Shown: positions 25,380 through 35,713 of the stretch, piece after piece | How positions within the stretch are numbered: position 1 is the first letter of the stretch | Layout of the letters: the number at the start of each line of letters is the position of its first letter | From: Candidatus Fervidifonticultor quintus | GTDB taxonomy: Bacteria > Sysuimicrobiota > Sysuimicrobiia > Sysuimicrobiales > Humicultoraceae | Direction: 5' to 3' | Assembly (NCBI GenBank): GCA_031459535.1 | Contig: JAVKIJ010000021.1 | Coordinates: forward strand, 1-37,478 | Length of the DNA: 37,478 nt | Translations under genes and position numbers: made by a program | Notes under the pieces: model-generated | Seen by the model: the letters and a program-made list of their open reading frames with translations, nothing else | Told to the model about the DNA's origin: nothing | Databases searched by the model: none

Positions 25380-26756
25380 ATGGCGCGTCTGCTGGTGACA
25401 CTGATGCTCGTCGTAGGTCTGATCGGCTTTGCCGGCGGTCGTACGCCGCTGGCGGCGCAAACACCCGGGACGGCGCAGGCCCAGCCAGGACGGCCGATCA
25501 CCCTGGCCGAAGCGCTGGCCCTGGCAGCCCAGCACAACCACAGCCTCCGCGTGGCGGCGTTCGAGGTGACGGTGGCCCGCAGTCAGGCGAACCAGGCCGA
25601 GGCGCTGCGGCGTGGGCTGCTGACGTTGGGCGCGACCTACACGCGCATCAACGAGCGGGCCGGCTCGACGATTGTGATCCCGCCGATTCCCGGGATCACA
25701 CCCTCGCCGATCACGATCACACTGCCACCCCCAGACCCCAACATCTACTCGGTGGGCCTGACCTATCAGGTGCCGCTGATCTCCGGTGGTCGAAATGAGG
25801 CGCAGCTGGCGCTGGCCCAGGCCAATCTGAGGGGGGCGGAGGCGGCGCTGGAGCGCGTCAAGCAGCAACTCGTCCTCGAGGTCCGCCAGGCGTACTTCTC
25901 GGTGCTGCTGGCGCAGGCCGGCCTGGAGGTTGCCCAGCGCACCGTGGCGGCGGCCGAGGAGAACCTGCGGGTGGCCCGCGCCCGGGTGGCGGCCGGGGTC
26001 TCCCCACGCTTCGACGAGGTGCAGGCCGACGTCAACCTGGCCAACGCGCGTCAGGGGCTAATCCGGTCGCGCAACAGTCTGGCCCTGGCGCTGCACGGCC
26101 TGAACGCGGTGATGGCGCAGCCACTGGATACGGTCTGGCAGCCGCGCGAGGTCATGACTGTCACGCCGGTGCGCAGCGACCTGGCGGCGCTGCTCCGCCG
26201 GGCGCTCGAGGCCCGGCCGGAGGTGGCCGAGCTGCGCGCTCGCCTGGCCGCGGCGCAGGCAGCCATCGAGCTGGCGCGGGCGGGGACGCGGCCGACCGTG
26301 GCCCTCCAGGCCAGCGGCGCATACGGCAACAGCACAGGCACCACCGCGTCCACCGCGGCGGCGGCGGGGTGGAGCGTCACGCTGGCGGCGACACTGACGC
26401 TCTTCGACGGAAACCTGACCGGCGAGCGCATCCGGGAAGCCGAGGCGCGCGTCCAGCAACTGCAGGTCACCGAGGCGCAACTGCGCGCGGGGATCGAACT
26501 GGAGGTGCGCCGGGCGGTGCTGACCGTCGCCGCCGCAGCCGAGGAGGTGGCCACTGCGGAGGCGACCATCGCGCAGGCCCAGGAAGGCTTTCGCATCGCC
26601 ACCGTGCGGTTCGCCGCTGGCGTGTCCACGAACCTGGAGGTCGTCCAGGCCCAGGCCGCGCTGTCGCTGGCCGAGGCCAACCGCATTCAGGCTCTGTTCA
26701 ACCTCAATGCGGCCCGGGCCCAGCTCGAGCGCGCCGTGGGCGGGCCGGTGGAGTGA
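25380..26756 (+). CDS. TolC-family outer-membrane efflux protein
   Basis: Signal peptide, ITLAEAL..A..HN, and two OEP repeats (V..AYF.VL.A, R..AG.S...E...A). Confidence 0.88.
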   Translation: MARLLVTLMLVVGLIGFAGGRTPLAAQTPGTAQAQPGRPITLAEALALAAQHNHSLRVAAFEVTVARSQANQAEALRRGLLTLGATYTRINERAGSTIVIPPIPGITPSPITITLPPPDPNIYSVGLTYQVPLISGGRNEAQLALAQANLRGAEAALERVKQQLVLEVRQAYFSVLLAQAGLEVAQRTVAAAEENLRVARARVAAGVSPRFDEVQADVNLANARQGLIRSRNSLALALHGLNAVMAQPLDTVWQPREVMTVTPVRSDLAALLRRALEARPEVAELRARLAAAQAAIELARAGTRPTVALQASGAYGNSTGTTASTAAAAGWSVTLAATLTLFDGNLTGERIREAEARVQQLQVTEAQLRAGIELEVRRAVLTVAAAAEEVATAEATIAQAQEGFRIATVRFAAGVSTNLEVVQAQAALSLAEANRIQALFNLNAARAQLERAVGGPVE

Positions 26757-26762
26757 CGGTGC

Positions 26763-28064
26763 ATGGGGCGACGTTTGCTACCAACCCTGCTGCTCCTCGC
26801 AGTCGTCGGTGCCGGGCTGGCAATCTGGCGCCGGGCGGGTGGTCCGCAGACCCAGGGCATGCTGAGGGCGTGGGGCACGGTGGAAGCCACCGAATGGAGC
26901 GTAGCCAGCAAGGTTCCCGGCCGCATCACCCAGCTCCTGGCGCCCGAGGGGTCGGAGGTGACTGCCGGCCAGGTCATCGCGCGGCTCGACGCGGCGGAGA
27001 TGGACGCCATGGTGGCCCAGGCGCGCGCATCGGTGGATGCGGCGCGGGCGCGCCTCGCGCAGGCCGAGCGCGCCCTCCTGGCGCAGCGTCGCCAGACCGA
27101 CGCGGCCGTAGCGCAGGCCCAGGCGCAGGTCGCCGCGGCGCGTGCCCGCATTCCCCAGGCGGAGAGCGCGTGGGAGTGGCAGGCCCAGCAGGTCGCCCGG
27201 CAGGTGGATGCGGCTCGGGCGCAGGTCGCCGCGGCGGAACGCGCGGCCGAGGCGGCCCGCGCCAACGTGGCGGCCCTTGACGCCAATCTGGTCCGCTCGC
27301 AGCAGGACCTCCACCGCGTCGAGCAGCTCTACCGAGAGGGCGCCGTAAGCGCTCAGCAGGTCGACGCGGCCCAGGCGCAGGTCAAGGCCCTGCGTGCCCA
27401 GCGGGACGCCGCGCTGGCTCACGAAGCTGCTGCCGCCCGGCAGGTGACGCAGCTCGAGGCGGCGCTGCAGGCGGCCGAGGCGAACCGCCTGCAGGTGAGC
27501 ATCCGGCAGCACGACCGCTCTGTCGCCGTCGCCCAGCTCGAGCAGGCCCGGGCAGCGCTGCAGGCTGCCCGCGTGGGCTACGACCTGGTGCGCCAGCGGC
27601 AGGAGGAGGTGGCCGCAGCGCGTGCACAACTGGCGCAGGCGACAGCCAGTTTGCACCTGGTGGCGGCACAGTACGACCACACGATCCTGCGGGCCCCGGG
27701 GGACGGGGTGGTCGTGACCAAGAGTGTCGAGGTCGGCGACGTGGTCGCGGCCGGCCAGCGGCTGGTGTCCATCGCGCGGCTGGACCAGGTGTGGCTGCGC
27801 GTCTTCATTCCCGAGGCCGACCTGGGCCGCGTGCGCATCGGACAGTCTGCCCGGGTGTACGTGGACGCGTTCCCGGGCCGGGCGTTCGCCGGGACGATCA
27901 CCGAGATCAGCCAGCGCGCCGAGTTCACCCCGCGCAACGTGCAGACGCGGGAGGAGCGCGTCAAGCAGGTGTTCGGGGTCAAGATCACGCTTGAGAACCC
28001 CGAGCGCGTGCTGAAGCCCGGCATGCCCGCCGACGCGGTCATCGAGACGGCACAGCGCCCCTAG
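26763..28064 (+). CDS. HlyD/YbhG-like membrane fusion protein
   Basis: Lipoyl-like halves (VASKVPGRI, LRAPGDGVV), a long coiled coil, AEFTPRNVQT.EER, LKPGMPAD. Confidence 0.92.
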   Translation: MGRRLLPTLLLLAVVGAGLAIWRRAGGPQTQGMLRAWGTVEATEWSVASKVPGRITQLLAPEGSEVTAGQVIARLDAAEMDAMVAQARASVDAARARLAQAERALLAQRRQTDAAVAQAQAQVAAARARIPQAESAWEWQAQQVARQVDAARAQVAAAERAAEAARANVAALDANLVRSQQDLHRVEQLYREGAVSAQQVDAAQAQVKALRAQRDAALAHEAAAARQVTQLEAALQAAEANRLQVSIRQHDRSVAVAQLEQARAALQAARVGYDLVRQRQEEVAAARAQLAQATASLHLVAAQYDHTILRAPGDGVVVTKSVEVGDVVAAGQRLVSIARLDQVWLRVFIPEADLGRVRIGQSARVYVDAFPGRAFAGTITEISQRAEFTPRNVQTREERVKQVFGVKITLENPERVLKPGMPADAVIETAQRP

Positions 28065-28071
28065 CCGGACC

Positions 28072-29004
28072 GTGGACCCCGCGATCGTCACCGAGGGCCT
28101 GACGCGGCGTTTTGGTCACCGTCTCGCCGTGGACCACATCTCGCTGACCATTGGGGTCCGGGAGATCTTCGGCGTCATCGGGCCAGATGGCGCGGGCAAG
28201 ACCACGTTCTTCCGGATGCTGGCCACGGTGCTGGAGCCAACCGGCGGCAGCGCGCGCGTGGCGGGCGCAGACGTCACAAGCGCCCCCGAGGCCGTCAAGG
28301 CCCGCATCGGGTATATGCCGCAGGCATTCGCGCTGTATCCGGACCTCACGGTGCTGGAGAACCTGCGGTTTGTGGCCGATGTGTACGCGGTGCCCCGCTC
28401 GGTCCTCTCAGAACGCGCGGAGCGCCTGCTGTCCAGTAGCCGGATGGGCCCATTCCGCCACCGGCTGGCAGAACACCTCTCGGGGGGCATGAGGCAGAAA
28501 CTGGCTCTGGCCGCCACGTTGATTCACCAGCCGGAGGTCCTCCTGCTCGACGAGCCCACTACCGGGGTGGACCCTGTCTCACGACGCGAGTTCTGGCAGA
28601 TCCTCTACGACCTCAACCAGCAGGGGATGACCGTGGTGGTGGCCACGCCTTACATGGACGAGGCCGAGCGGTGTGCGCGCGTGGCGCTGCTCCACCAGGG
28701 CCGCACCCTCACCGTGGACACGCCTGCGGGAGTCAGGGCCCGGATGCGGGGAACGGTGCTTGAGGTGACGGCGACCCCGCGGAGGGCGGCGTTGACCGCG
28801 GCGCGGGCGCTGCCCGGCGTGATGGGCGGCACCGTGTTCGGGGCCAACCTGCACCTGGTCGTCTCGGGGCCGGACCTCGCGGACGAGCTGCGGGCCGGGC
28901 TCGAGCGCCGCGGCATCGCGGTCGGGGCCATCCGACCCATCGAGCCGTCCCTGGAAGACGTCTTCATCTCGCTGATGTCCCAGAGGGCCGACGATGCCCG
29001 CTGA
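28072..29004 (+). CDS. ABC exporter ATP-binding protein (YbhF N-half-like)
   Basis: Motifs GPDGAGKTT, LSGGMRQK, LLLDEPTTGVDP. Confidence 0.93.
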   Translation: MDPAIVTEGLTRRFGHRLAVDHISLTIGVREIFGVIGPDGAGKTTFFRMLATVLEPTGGSARVAGADVTSAPEAVKARIGYMPQAFALYPDLTVLENLRFVADVYAVPRSVLSERAERLLSSSRMGPFRHRLAEHLSGGMRQKLALAATLIHQPEVLLLDEPTTGVDPVSRREFWQILYDLNQQGMTVVVATPYMDEAERCARVALLHQGRTLTVDTPAGVRARMRGTVLEVTATPRRAALTAARALPGVMGGTVFGANLHLVVSGPDLADELRAGLERRGIAVGAIRPIEPSLEDVFISLMSQRADDAR

Positions 29005-29995
29005 CGCCGCGGTCGAGGCCCGGGGCCTGACGAAGCGCTTCGACGACTTCGTTGCGGTGGACCACGTGGATCTGACCATCGCCCGCGGCGAGATCTTCGG
29101 GTTCCTGGGACCCAACGGCTCGGGCAAGACCACCACGATCCGGATGCTGGGCGGCCTGCTGCTCCCCAGCGAAGGCTCCGTGTGCGTGCTGGGTTGTGAC
29201 GTCGTCGCCGAACCCGAGACCGTCAAAGCCCGCATCGGATACATGAACCAGCGTTCGAGCCTCTACAACGACATGACCGCGGTGGAGCTGCTGCACTTCT
29301 ACGGGCAGATCTACGGCCTCGACGGCAGGCGCCGACGCCAAGCGGTGGACGCCTGGCTGGATCGGACCGGGCTGGCGGACCGGGGTCGCGACCTGATCGG
29401 CACCCTGTCCGGCGGTTGGCGGCAGCGGCTGGCGTTGGGCTGCGCGGTGCTCCACCATCCGGAACTGCTGCTGCTTGACGAGCCCACCTCGGGCACCGAC
29501 CCGGTGCAGCGTCGCGAGTTCTGGGAGCTCATCTACCGATTTGCCGACGAGGGGACCACGGTCCTGGTCACCACTCACTACATGGACGAGGCCGAGCACT
29601 GCGCTACGCTGGCGTTCATCCACGCGGGCCGAATCATCGCCCAGGGAACGCCGTCGAGCCTCAAGGCCACCGCCATGCGCGGCGGCGTCCTGGAGGTCGT
29701 CGCCGACCCCTGGATGCGGGCCATGAACCTGCTGCGCCGCTTCCCCGAGGCACGCGAGGCCGCATTGTACGGCGTGGCCATCCACGTCGTGGTCGACGAC
29801 CCGGCCACAGCCGTCGGGCGCGTGGCCCGATACCTGCAAGAGGGCGGCGTCACGGTCCACCGGGTCGAGCCGCGCGCACCGTCCCTGGAGGACGTGTTCG
29901 TGTCGCTGGTCGAGCCCCAGGCGCGCACTGAGGTGCGCGCTGCCTTTGGCGGTGAGGCCGTCAAAGGTGCGGGGGGAGAACTGCCCCGTGGATGA
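28994..29995 (+). CDS. ABC exporter ATP-binding protein (YbhF C-half-like)
   Basis: Motifs GPNGSGKTT, LSGGWRQR, LLLDEPT, TTHYMDEAE. Confidence 0.93.
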   Translation: MPADAAVEARGLTKRFDDFVAVDHVDLTIARGEIFGFLGPNGSGKTTTIRMLGGLLLPSEGSVCVLGCDVVAEPETVKARIGYMNQRSSLYNDMTAVELLHFYGQIYGLDGRRRRQAVDAWLDRTGLADRGRDLIGTLSGGWRQRLALGCAVLHHPELLLLDEPTSGTDPVQRREFWELIYRFADEGTTVLVTTHYMDEAEHCATLAFIHAGRIIAQGTPSSLKATAMRGGVLEVVADPWMRAMNLLRRFPEAREAALYGVAIHVVVDDPATAVGRVARYLQEGGVTVHRVEPRAPSLEDVFVSLVEPQARTEVRAAFGGEAVKGAGGELPRG

Positions 29996-31172
29996 GCGGC
30001 GCGGGGGGCGTCGGACCGTGGGTGGGTTCCGCCTGGAGGGCCCGCTGGCGGCGCGGCGGCTGGGCGCGATCATCGCCAAGGAGTTCATCCAGCTCGTCCG
30101 GGACCGCCGGACCCTGGCCATGGCGCTGCTGATGCCGGTCATCCAGCTCCTGCTGTTCGGCTACGCGATCACCACGGATGTGGAGCACCTGCCGACCGTC
30201 GTGCTCGATCAGTCTCGCAGTCAGAACAGCCGCCAGCTCATCCAGCGCTTCGTCAATTCGCGCTACTTCCATATCCGCGCCCACGCCCGGAATCTGGACG
30301 AGGTGGAGGCAGCCATCGACCGCGGGGATGCGCGGGTCGGGATCGTGATCCCGGCCGATCTCGACCGGCAGCTCGCCGCCGGTCGCCCCGCCCACGTCCA
30401 GGTGCTGGTGGATGCCTCTGATCCCCTGATCGCCCGCAGCGCCCTGGCCACCGCGGAGTCCCTGGGCCAGCTCGCGTCGCTGGAGATTGTGGCGCGGCGG
30501 CTGCCCGGTGCGGGCCAAGCCCTGGAGCTGCCGCTGGAGGTCCGCACCCGTGCCTGGTACAATCCCGACCTCCGCAGCGTGAACTTCATGGTGCCCGGCC
30601 TCCTGGCCGTGGTCTTGCAGATGCTCACCATGATGCTGACGGCCCTGGCCATCGTGCGGGAGCGGGAGTTGGGCACGCTGGAGCTGCTGGTCGCGACGCC
30701 GATTAAGAAGAGCGAGCTGATGCTGGGGAAGATCCTGCCCTATGTGGTGCTCGGGTACGGCGATATCACCCTGGCCCTGCTGATCGCCGCGTTCTGGTTC
30801 CACGTCCCCATCCGCGGCAGCCTGGCCCTGCTCTACCTGCTGGCGCTGGTCTTCTACCTGGCGTCGCTGGGGCAGGGCGTGATGATCTCCACCATCTCCC
30901 GCACCCAGCGCCAGGCCCTGCAGGCATCACTCTTCACGTTCCTCCCGACGATCCTACTCTCGGGTTTCATGTTCCCGCGCGAGGGGATGCCGGCCGTGAT
31001 CCAGTGGATCGGCTTGGTGCTCCCGTTGACCCATTTCCTCATCATCGTCCGCGGCATCATCCTCAAGGGGATCGGGCTGGGCATGCTCTACCAGCAGGTC
31101 ATCCCCCTGGCCATCCTGGGTGTGACTTTCTTCGCGGTGAGCGTGCTGCGGTTCCAGAAGCGCCTGGAATGA
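29988..31172 (+). CDS. ABC-2 type exporter permease (YbhS/YbhR-like)
   Basis: Motifs KEF.Q..RD, WYNP, VRERE.GTLE.L..TP, LSGF.FP...MP. Start GTG 29988 behind GGAG (uncertain). Confidence 0.92.
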   Translation: MDERRGGRRTVGGFRLEGPLAARRLGAIIAKEFIQLVRDRRTLAMALLMPVIQLLLFGYAITTDVEHLPTVVLDQSRSQNSRQLIQRFVNSRYFHIRAHARNLDEVEAAIDRGDARVGIVIPADLDRQLAAGRPAHVQVLVDASDPLIARSALATAESLGQLASLEIVARRLPGAGQALELPLEVRTRAWYNPDLRSVNFMVPGLLAVVLQMLTMMLTALAIVRERELGTLELLVATPIKKSELMLGKILPYVVLGYGDITLALLIAAFWFHVPIRGSLALLYLLALVFYLASLGQGVMISTISRTQRQALQASLFTFLPTILLSGFMFPREGMPAVIQWIGLVLPLTHFLIIVRGIILKGIGLGMLYQQVIPLAILGVTFFAVSVLRFQKRLE

Positions 31173-31188
31173 GTGCGCGGCACGCCAA

Positions 31189-33687
31189 CTAGGGCTCGGG
31201 TGGAGTGGGCTCCTGCGCCGGAGGGTCGGCCGCACTCTCGCGCTCGGCGGCCTCCTCCCTGCCCCCTCCGTCCCGCTCGGCCCGGGGCGGCCCGAACCGC
31301 CGCAGCCGCTCGGCCAGCTCGCCCAGCCGCCGGCTCACCAGGTAGTTGACGGTCCCCTCGGGGAAGTTGCCCTCGGCATCGGGCTGGCCCGCCGGCATCC
31401 CGGTCAGAATCTCCAACCCCTCGTCAATGGACTTGACGGCCCAGAGGTGGAACGTCCCGTCGCGGATCGCCTGGGTGACTTCGTCGTTCAGCATCAGATT
31501 CCGGAGGTTCTGGTGGGGCACCACCACGCCCTGCCGGCCGGTGAGCCCCAGCGCCTTGCAGACGTAGTAGTATCCCTCCACCTTCTCGTTGACGCCCCCG
31601 ATGGGCTGGATCTCGCCCTTCTGGTTGACAGAGCCGGTCACCGCGATGCCCTGGTCAATGGGGACGCCGGAGAGCTCCGAGAGGAGCGCGTACAGCTCCG
31701 TGGACGACGCCGAATCCCCCTCCACCTCTTCATAGGTCTGCTCGAACGTGATCGAGGCGTTGAGCGACAGCGGCCGCTGCTGCGCGTACCGGCCGCCCAG
31801 GTACGCCGCGAGCGTCAGGACCCCCTTGGTGTGGATCCGGCCCGACATCTGCGTCTCCCGTTCGATGTTGACCACACCCCGTCCGCCCACATAAGTGCGC
31901 GCCGTGACACGGGAGGGCCGGCCGAAGGCGTAGTCGCCCAGCACGATCACCGATAGCCCGTTTACCTGACCGGTCACTGCGCCGTCAATGGTGACCAGCA
32001 GTTGTCCGTCGCGGATGAGCTGGCGGATGCGCTCCTCGATGCGGTTGCTGCGCCGGATGTGCTCCTCAATGGCCCGCTGCACGTGCCGCGCCGACACCAC
32101 CGCCGCGCCCTCGCTGCGGGCCCAGGCCGAGGCTTCGTAGATCACGTCGGACATCTGGTTGAAGCGCATGGACAGCCGCTGCTGATCCTCGGCGAACCGT
32201 GCGCTCTGCTCGAGGCAGCGGGCCACGGCCCCACGGTCGAACGGGAGCAGGCCCTCCCGACGGCAGATGGCCCCAATGGCCCGCGCATACTCGACCATGG
32301 ACTCCGGCGTGCGCTCGATGTCCGTGTCGAAGTCGGCCTTGATCTTGAACAGCTTCGGGAAGTCGTCGTCGTACAGGTAGAGCAGATGGTAGATCAGGGG
32401 CACGCCGATCAGGATCACCTTGACGTTGAGCGGGATCGGCTCGGGACGCAGCGTCGCCGTGGCAAACAGACCGTACTGCTCCGCAATGTTCTCCACGCGG
32501 ATCTCTCGGCTCTTGAGGGCCCGTTTCAAACCCTCCCAGGCAAACGGCGAGGTGAGCAGGTCTCGCGCCTGCAGGATCAGGTATCCACCGTTGGCCCGGT
32601 GCAGCGCGCCGGGCTTGATCATGGTGAAGTCGGTCACCATGGCGCCGAACTCGCCGCGGTACTCGGCTTTGCCGAAAAGGTTATAGTACGTCGGGTTGAG
32701 CTCGTGGACCACCGGAGCGCCCCTGGTCTGGCTGTGATCGATGAGGAGGTTGACCCGGTAGCGGGTGAACTCGACCCGCCGGGCCAGGAACGGCAGGGGC
32801 GGCGGCTGCTCGCTCTCCTCCCGGAAGTCGTCGTGGTGCTCCACCACGTCGGCCAGCAGGCGGTCGAGCCACTCGACGATGCGCGGCTGCTCGGCGAACC
32901 GCTGCTTGAGCGCGTCCACCGCGTGGCTGGCCACCGATTTCACCGCGGCACGCTCCAGTTCCCCCACGGCTTCCCTGGCTTCGCGCTCGATGCTGCGCAC
33001 CTTGCGCGTGGCCTCGGCCACGCTCTCCTGCAGTTCCCGCGCCCGCCGCTCCAGCTCCTGGCGGTGCGTGGCGGTGAGCTGCGCGAGTTGCTCGTCGGTG
33101 AGGGGCTCACCTGCCGGCGAGATCGGCACCGTCACGATCCCCCCGGGCGTGCGCTGGAGCGCGAAACCCAGCCGCCGTGCACCCTGTTCCAGTTCGCGCC
33201 AGATGACGTTGGCCTGCTGCTCAAACTGCTGGAGCAGACTCGTACGCCTGGCCTCAAAGGTCTCGCTGGCGAAGAGCTTGCGGATGAGATCCTTCAGGTC
33301 GGCGACCAGCCGCTCCATCTCCCGACGGAACTCCGCGCCGCGGCCCGGCGGCAGCGAGATGGCCAGCGGCTGGTCTGGCTGCTGGAAGTTGTGGACGTAG
33401 ATCCAGTCCGGGGGGACCGGCTGTCCGGCCGCCATCTGCGCGGCCTTGCTGTGGGTGTAGGTGGTCCGTCCGGTGCCGGGCGGGCCGCTCACGAAGACGT
33501 TGTAGCCGACCTGGGGGACCGTCAGGCCGAAGTCGAGGGCGCGGACGGCGCGATCCTGGCCGATGATGCTGTCGCCAGCCGGCAGCTCCTGCGTGGTCTC
33601 GAACGGCAGGTCCTCAGGATGACAGGTCCACCGCACCTGATCGGCGGACACGCGGCGGGCGGTGCGCAGATCCTGGGCAGTCTCCAT
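31189..33687 (-). CDS. LonC-type Lon protease (S16) with degenerate AAA-like module
   Basis: IGQDRA, Walker A variant GPPGTGRT, coiled-coil insertions, GALHRANGGYL, catalytic Ser (EGDSASS) and Lys (GGVNEKVEG). Confidence 0.92.
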   Translation of the reverse strand: METAQDLRTARRVSADQVRWTCHPEDLPFETTQELPAGDSIIGQDRAVRALDFGLTVPQVGYNVFVSGPPGTGRTTYTHSKAAQMAAGQPVPPDWIYVHNFQQPDQPLAISLPPGRGAEFRREMERLVADLKDLIRKLFASETFEARRTSLLQQFEQQANVIWRELEQGARRLGFALQRTPGGIVTVPISPAGEPLTDEQLAQLTATHRQELERRARELQESVAEATRKVRSIEREAREAVGELERAAVKSVASHAVDALKQRFAEQPRIVEWLDRLLADVVEHHDDFREESEQPPPLPFLARRVEFTRYRVNLLIDHSQTRGAPVVHELNPTYYNLFGKAEYRGEFGAMVTDFTMIKPGALHRANGGYLILQARDLLTSPFAWEGLKRALKSREIRVENIAEQYGLFATATLRPEPIPLNVKVILIGVPLIYHLLYLYDDDFPKLFKIKADFDTDIERTPESMVEYARAIGAICRREGLLPFDRGAVARCLEQSARFAEDQQRLSMRFNQMSDVIYEASAWARSEGAAVVSARHVQRAIEEHIRRSNRIEERIRQLIRDGQLLVTIDGAVTGQVNGLSVIVLGDYAFGRPSRVTARTYVGGRGVVNIERETQMSGRIHTKGVLTLAAYLGGRYAQQRPLSLNASITFEQTYEEVEGDSASSTELYALLSELSGVPIDQGIAVTGSVNQKGEIQPIGGVNEKVEGYYYVCKALGLTGRQGVVVPHQNLRNLMLNDEVTQAIRDGTFHLWAVKSIDEGLEILTGMPAGQPDAEGNFPEGTVNYLVSRRLGELAERLRRFGPPRAERDGGGREEAAERESAADPPAQEPTPPEP

Positions 33688-33769
33688 GGTACGGTGTTGA
33701 TTCGGGGGGTAAAGGGGGCACTCCTATCGAAGGCATCGCATCGACATCTGTCGGTGCGGGGAGGATCCA

Positions 33770-34636
33770 GTGGTTGACGTGGCGTTCATCGGCCACTTCG
33801 CCCGTGATCGGCTGATCTACCGCGGCACGACCGAGACCGCCTCTGGAGGCGGAGTCTACTACGGTGCTCTGGCAGTCCGCCGCCTGGGATACTCCGTCGC
33901 GGTGATCACCAAGCTCCACCCGGACGACTTCGACCGTCTGGAGGAGCTGATACGAGAGGGCATCGAGGTCCATGCGACGGCGGCGCCTCAGACCACCGGC
34001 ATCGAGAACGTCTACCCCACCCCGGACATGGACCGGCGCATCTGCCGTCCGCTGGGGTTCGCGGGGCCGTTCTCGCTTGAGGACCTCCCCCCGCTGGCCG
34101 CCAGGGTGACGATCGTGACGCCGCTGATGGCCGGCGAGGTCCCTGGCGAGGTGGTCCGTGCGCTGGTCGCCCGCGGCCCCGTGGGACTCGATGTGCAGGG
34201 GTTCGTACGGGTCCGCGAAGGTGACGAGCTGATCACCCGGGACTGGCCAGCGAAAGAGGCCTACTTGGCGCGCATCACGTTCCTCAAGGTCGACGACGCC
34301 GAAGCCGAGGTCCTGACCGGCGAAACGGACATCCACGCGGCGGCTGCGGCGCTGGCCGCGCTGGGCCCGCGTGAGGTGCTGCTCACCCACGGTCGGGGCG
34401 TGCTGGTCCATGCGGACGGGCGGTTCTTCGAGGCGCCCTTCGTACCCAGGCGCGTCATCGGGCGCACCGGACGCGGGGACACCTGCTTTGCGACCTACGT
34501 GGCCAGCCGGCTGACCCTGGACCCCGGCTCCGCCTGCCGGCTCGCCGCCGCCGTCACCTCTCTCAAGATGGAGCACCCCGGACCCTCCCGCCTGACGCGG
34601 GAAGACGCGGAGCGGCTGCTGGCCGGAGAGGGGTAA
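33770..34636 (+). CDS. PfkB/ribokinase-family kinase
   Basis: GGG..YG near the N-terminus, DVQG, and RTGRGDTCF anion-hole signature. GGAGG SD. Confidence 0.88.
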   Translation: MVDVAFIGHFARDRLIYRGTTETASGGGVYYGALAVRRLGYSVAVITKLHPDDFDRLEELIREGIEVHATAAPQTTGIENVYPTPDMDRRICRPLGFAGPFSLEDLPPLAARVTIVTPLMAGEVPGEVVRALVARGPVGLDVQGFVRVREGDELITRDWPAKEAYLARITFLKVDDAEAEVLTGETDIHAAAAALAALGPREVLLTHGRGVLVHADGRFFEAPFVPRRVIGRTGRGDTCFATYVASRLTLDPGSACRLAAAVTSLKMEHPGPSRLTREDAERLLAGEG

Positions 34637-34723
34637 CCCGGCCGTCGAAGCGCGGGCAGGACTCGCGCGGCCCCGTTCGAACAATCTCTGGTGTACCCCA
34701 GCGAGTTTCAAGGAGGTGGCATC

Positions 34724-35713
34724 ATGCCAGGCGCGCGCATCACCTTGATTTTGGCGCTGGCGCTGGTCGGCGGGATGCTCTTCGGGCCCACCATGCAGGC
34801 GGCAACGACGGCGCCGCTCAAGATCGGGTATCCGGTCTGGGTCGGCTACGGACCCCTGTTCCTGGCCGAGAAGAAGGGCTTCCTCCGGGAGCTCGGTACC
34901 GCTGTGGAGTTCGTCCTCATGGAGGACACCAAGCCCCGGTACGTCGCGCTGGCTGCCAAGCGCATCGACGGGCTCATGACCACCATTGACACCGTGGTGC
35001 AGCGCGTGAAGCCCGACCTGCAGATGGCGGCGATCCTGCCCATGGACGACTCGAAGGGCGGCGACGGCATCGTGGCCCGCAAGGAGATCAACTCCATCCG
35101 CGACCTGAAGGGCAAGAAGGTGGCCTTCAGCGAGGGCTCGGTCAGCCACTTCTTCCTGGCCTATCTGCTGCAGCAGAACGGTATGTCGCTGCGGGACGTC
35201 ACCATGGTGAACATGACCGCGGGCGATGCGGGCGCGGCCTTCGTCGCCGGCAAGGTGGACGCCGCGGTCACCTGGGAACCCTGGCTCACCAAGGGCAGGC
35301 AAGCGCCGCACGGGAAGGTGCTGGTCGATTCGTCGGCCACGCCCAACCTGATCGTGGATGTCCTGGTCTTCCGCAAGGACGTCATCAAGGCGCGGCCCAG
35401 GGATATGGAGAACCTGATCAAGGCCTGGGTCCGGGCCGTGGACTTCTGGAAGTCCAACCCCGACGAGGCCAACAAGATCATGGCCGCAGCCGTCGGAGGC
35501 TGGCTGAAGGACGCCAAGACGTTCGCGGAGACCCTGACCGGCATCCGGTACTACGACGGGGCGGCGCTGCGGGAGTTCTTCGGCACCCCGGCCGCGCCTG
35601 GCCCAGGGTTTCGGACCGCGCAGTTCGCCATCGATCTCTGGACGCAACTAGGCAAGGCGGGGATGAAGGGTATCAAGGCATCCGACATCCTGGACGGGTC
35701 GTTCGTGAAGTAG
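34724..35713 (+). CDS. ABC importer substrate-binding protein (NMT1/THI5/SsuA-like)
   Basis: Signal peptide, W.GYGP..LA.KKG, S.GGDGIV, DLKGKKVA, DAAVTWEPW. AAGGAGG SD. Confidence 0.9.
   Translation: MPGARITLILALALVGGMLFGPTMQAATTAPLKIGYPVWVGYGPLFLAEKKGFLRELGTAVEFVLMEDTKPRYVALAAKRIDGLMTTIDTVVQRVKPDLQMAAILPMDDSKGGDGIVARKEINSIRDLKGKKVAFSEGSVSHFFLAYLLQQNGMSLRDVTMVNMTAGDAGAAFVAGKVDAAVTWEPWLTKGRQAPHGKVLVDSSATPNLIVDVLVFRKDVIKARPRDMENLIKAWVRAVDFWKSNPDEANKIMAAAVGGWLKDAKTFAETLTGIRYYDGAALREFFGTPAAPGPGFRTAQFAIDLWTQLGKAGMKGIKASDILDGSFVK

Noticed and set aside
27000..27660. Repetitive GCGCAGGC(C/T) sequence in the HlyD gene
   Set aside because: Explained by Ala/Gln heptads of the coiled coil.
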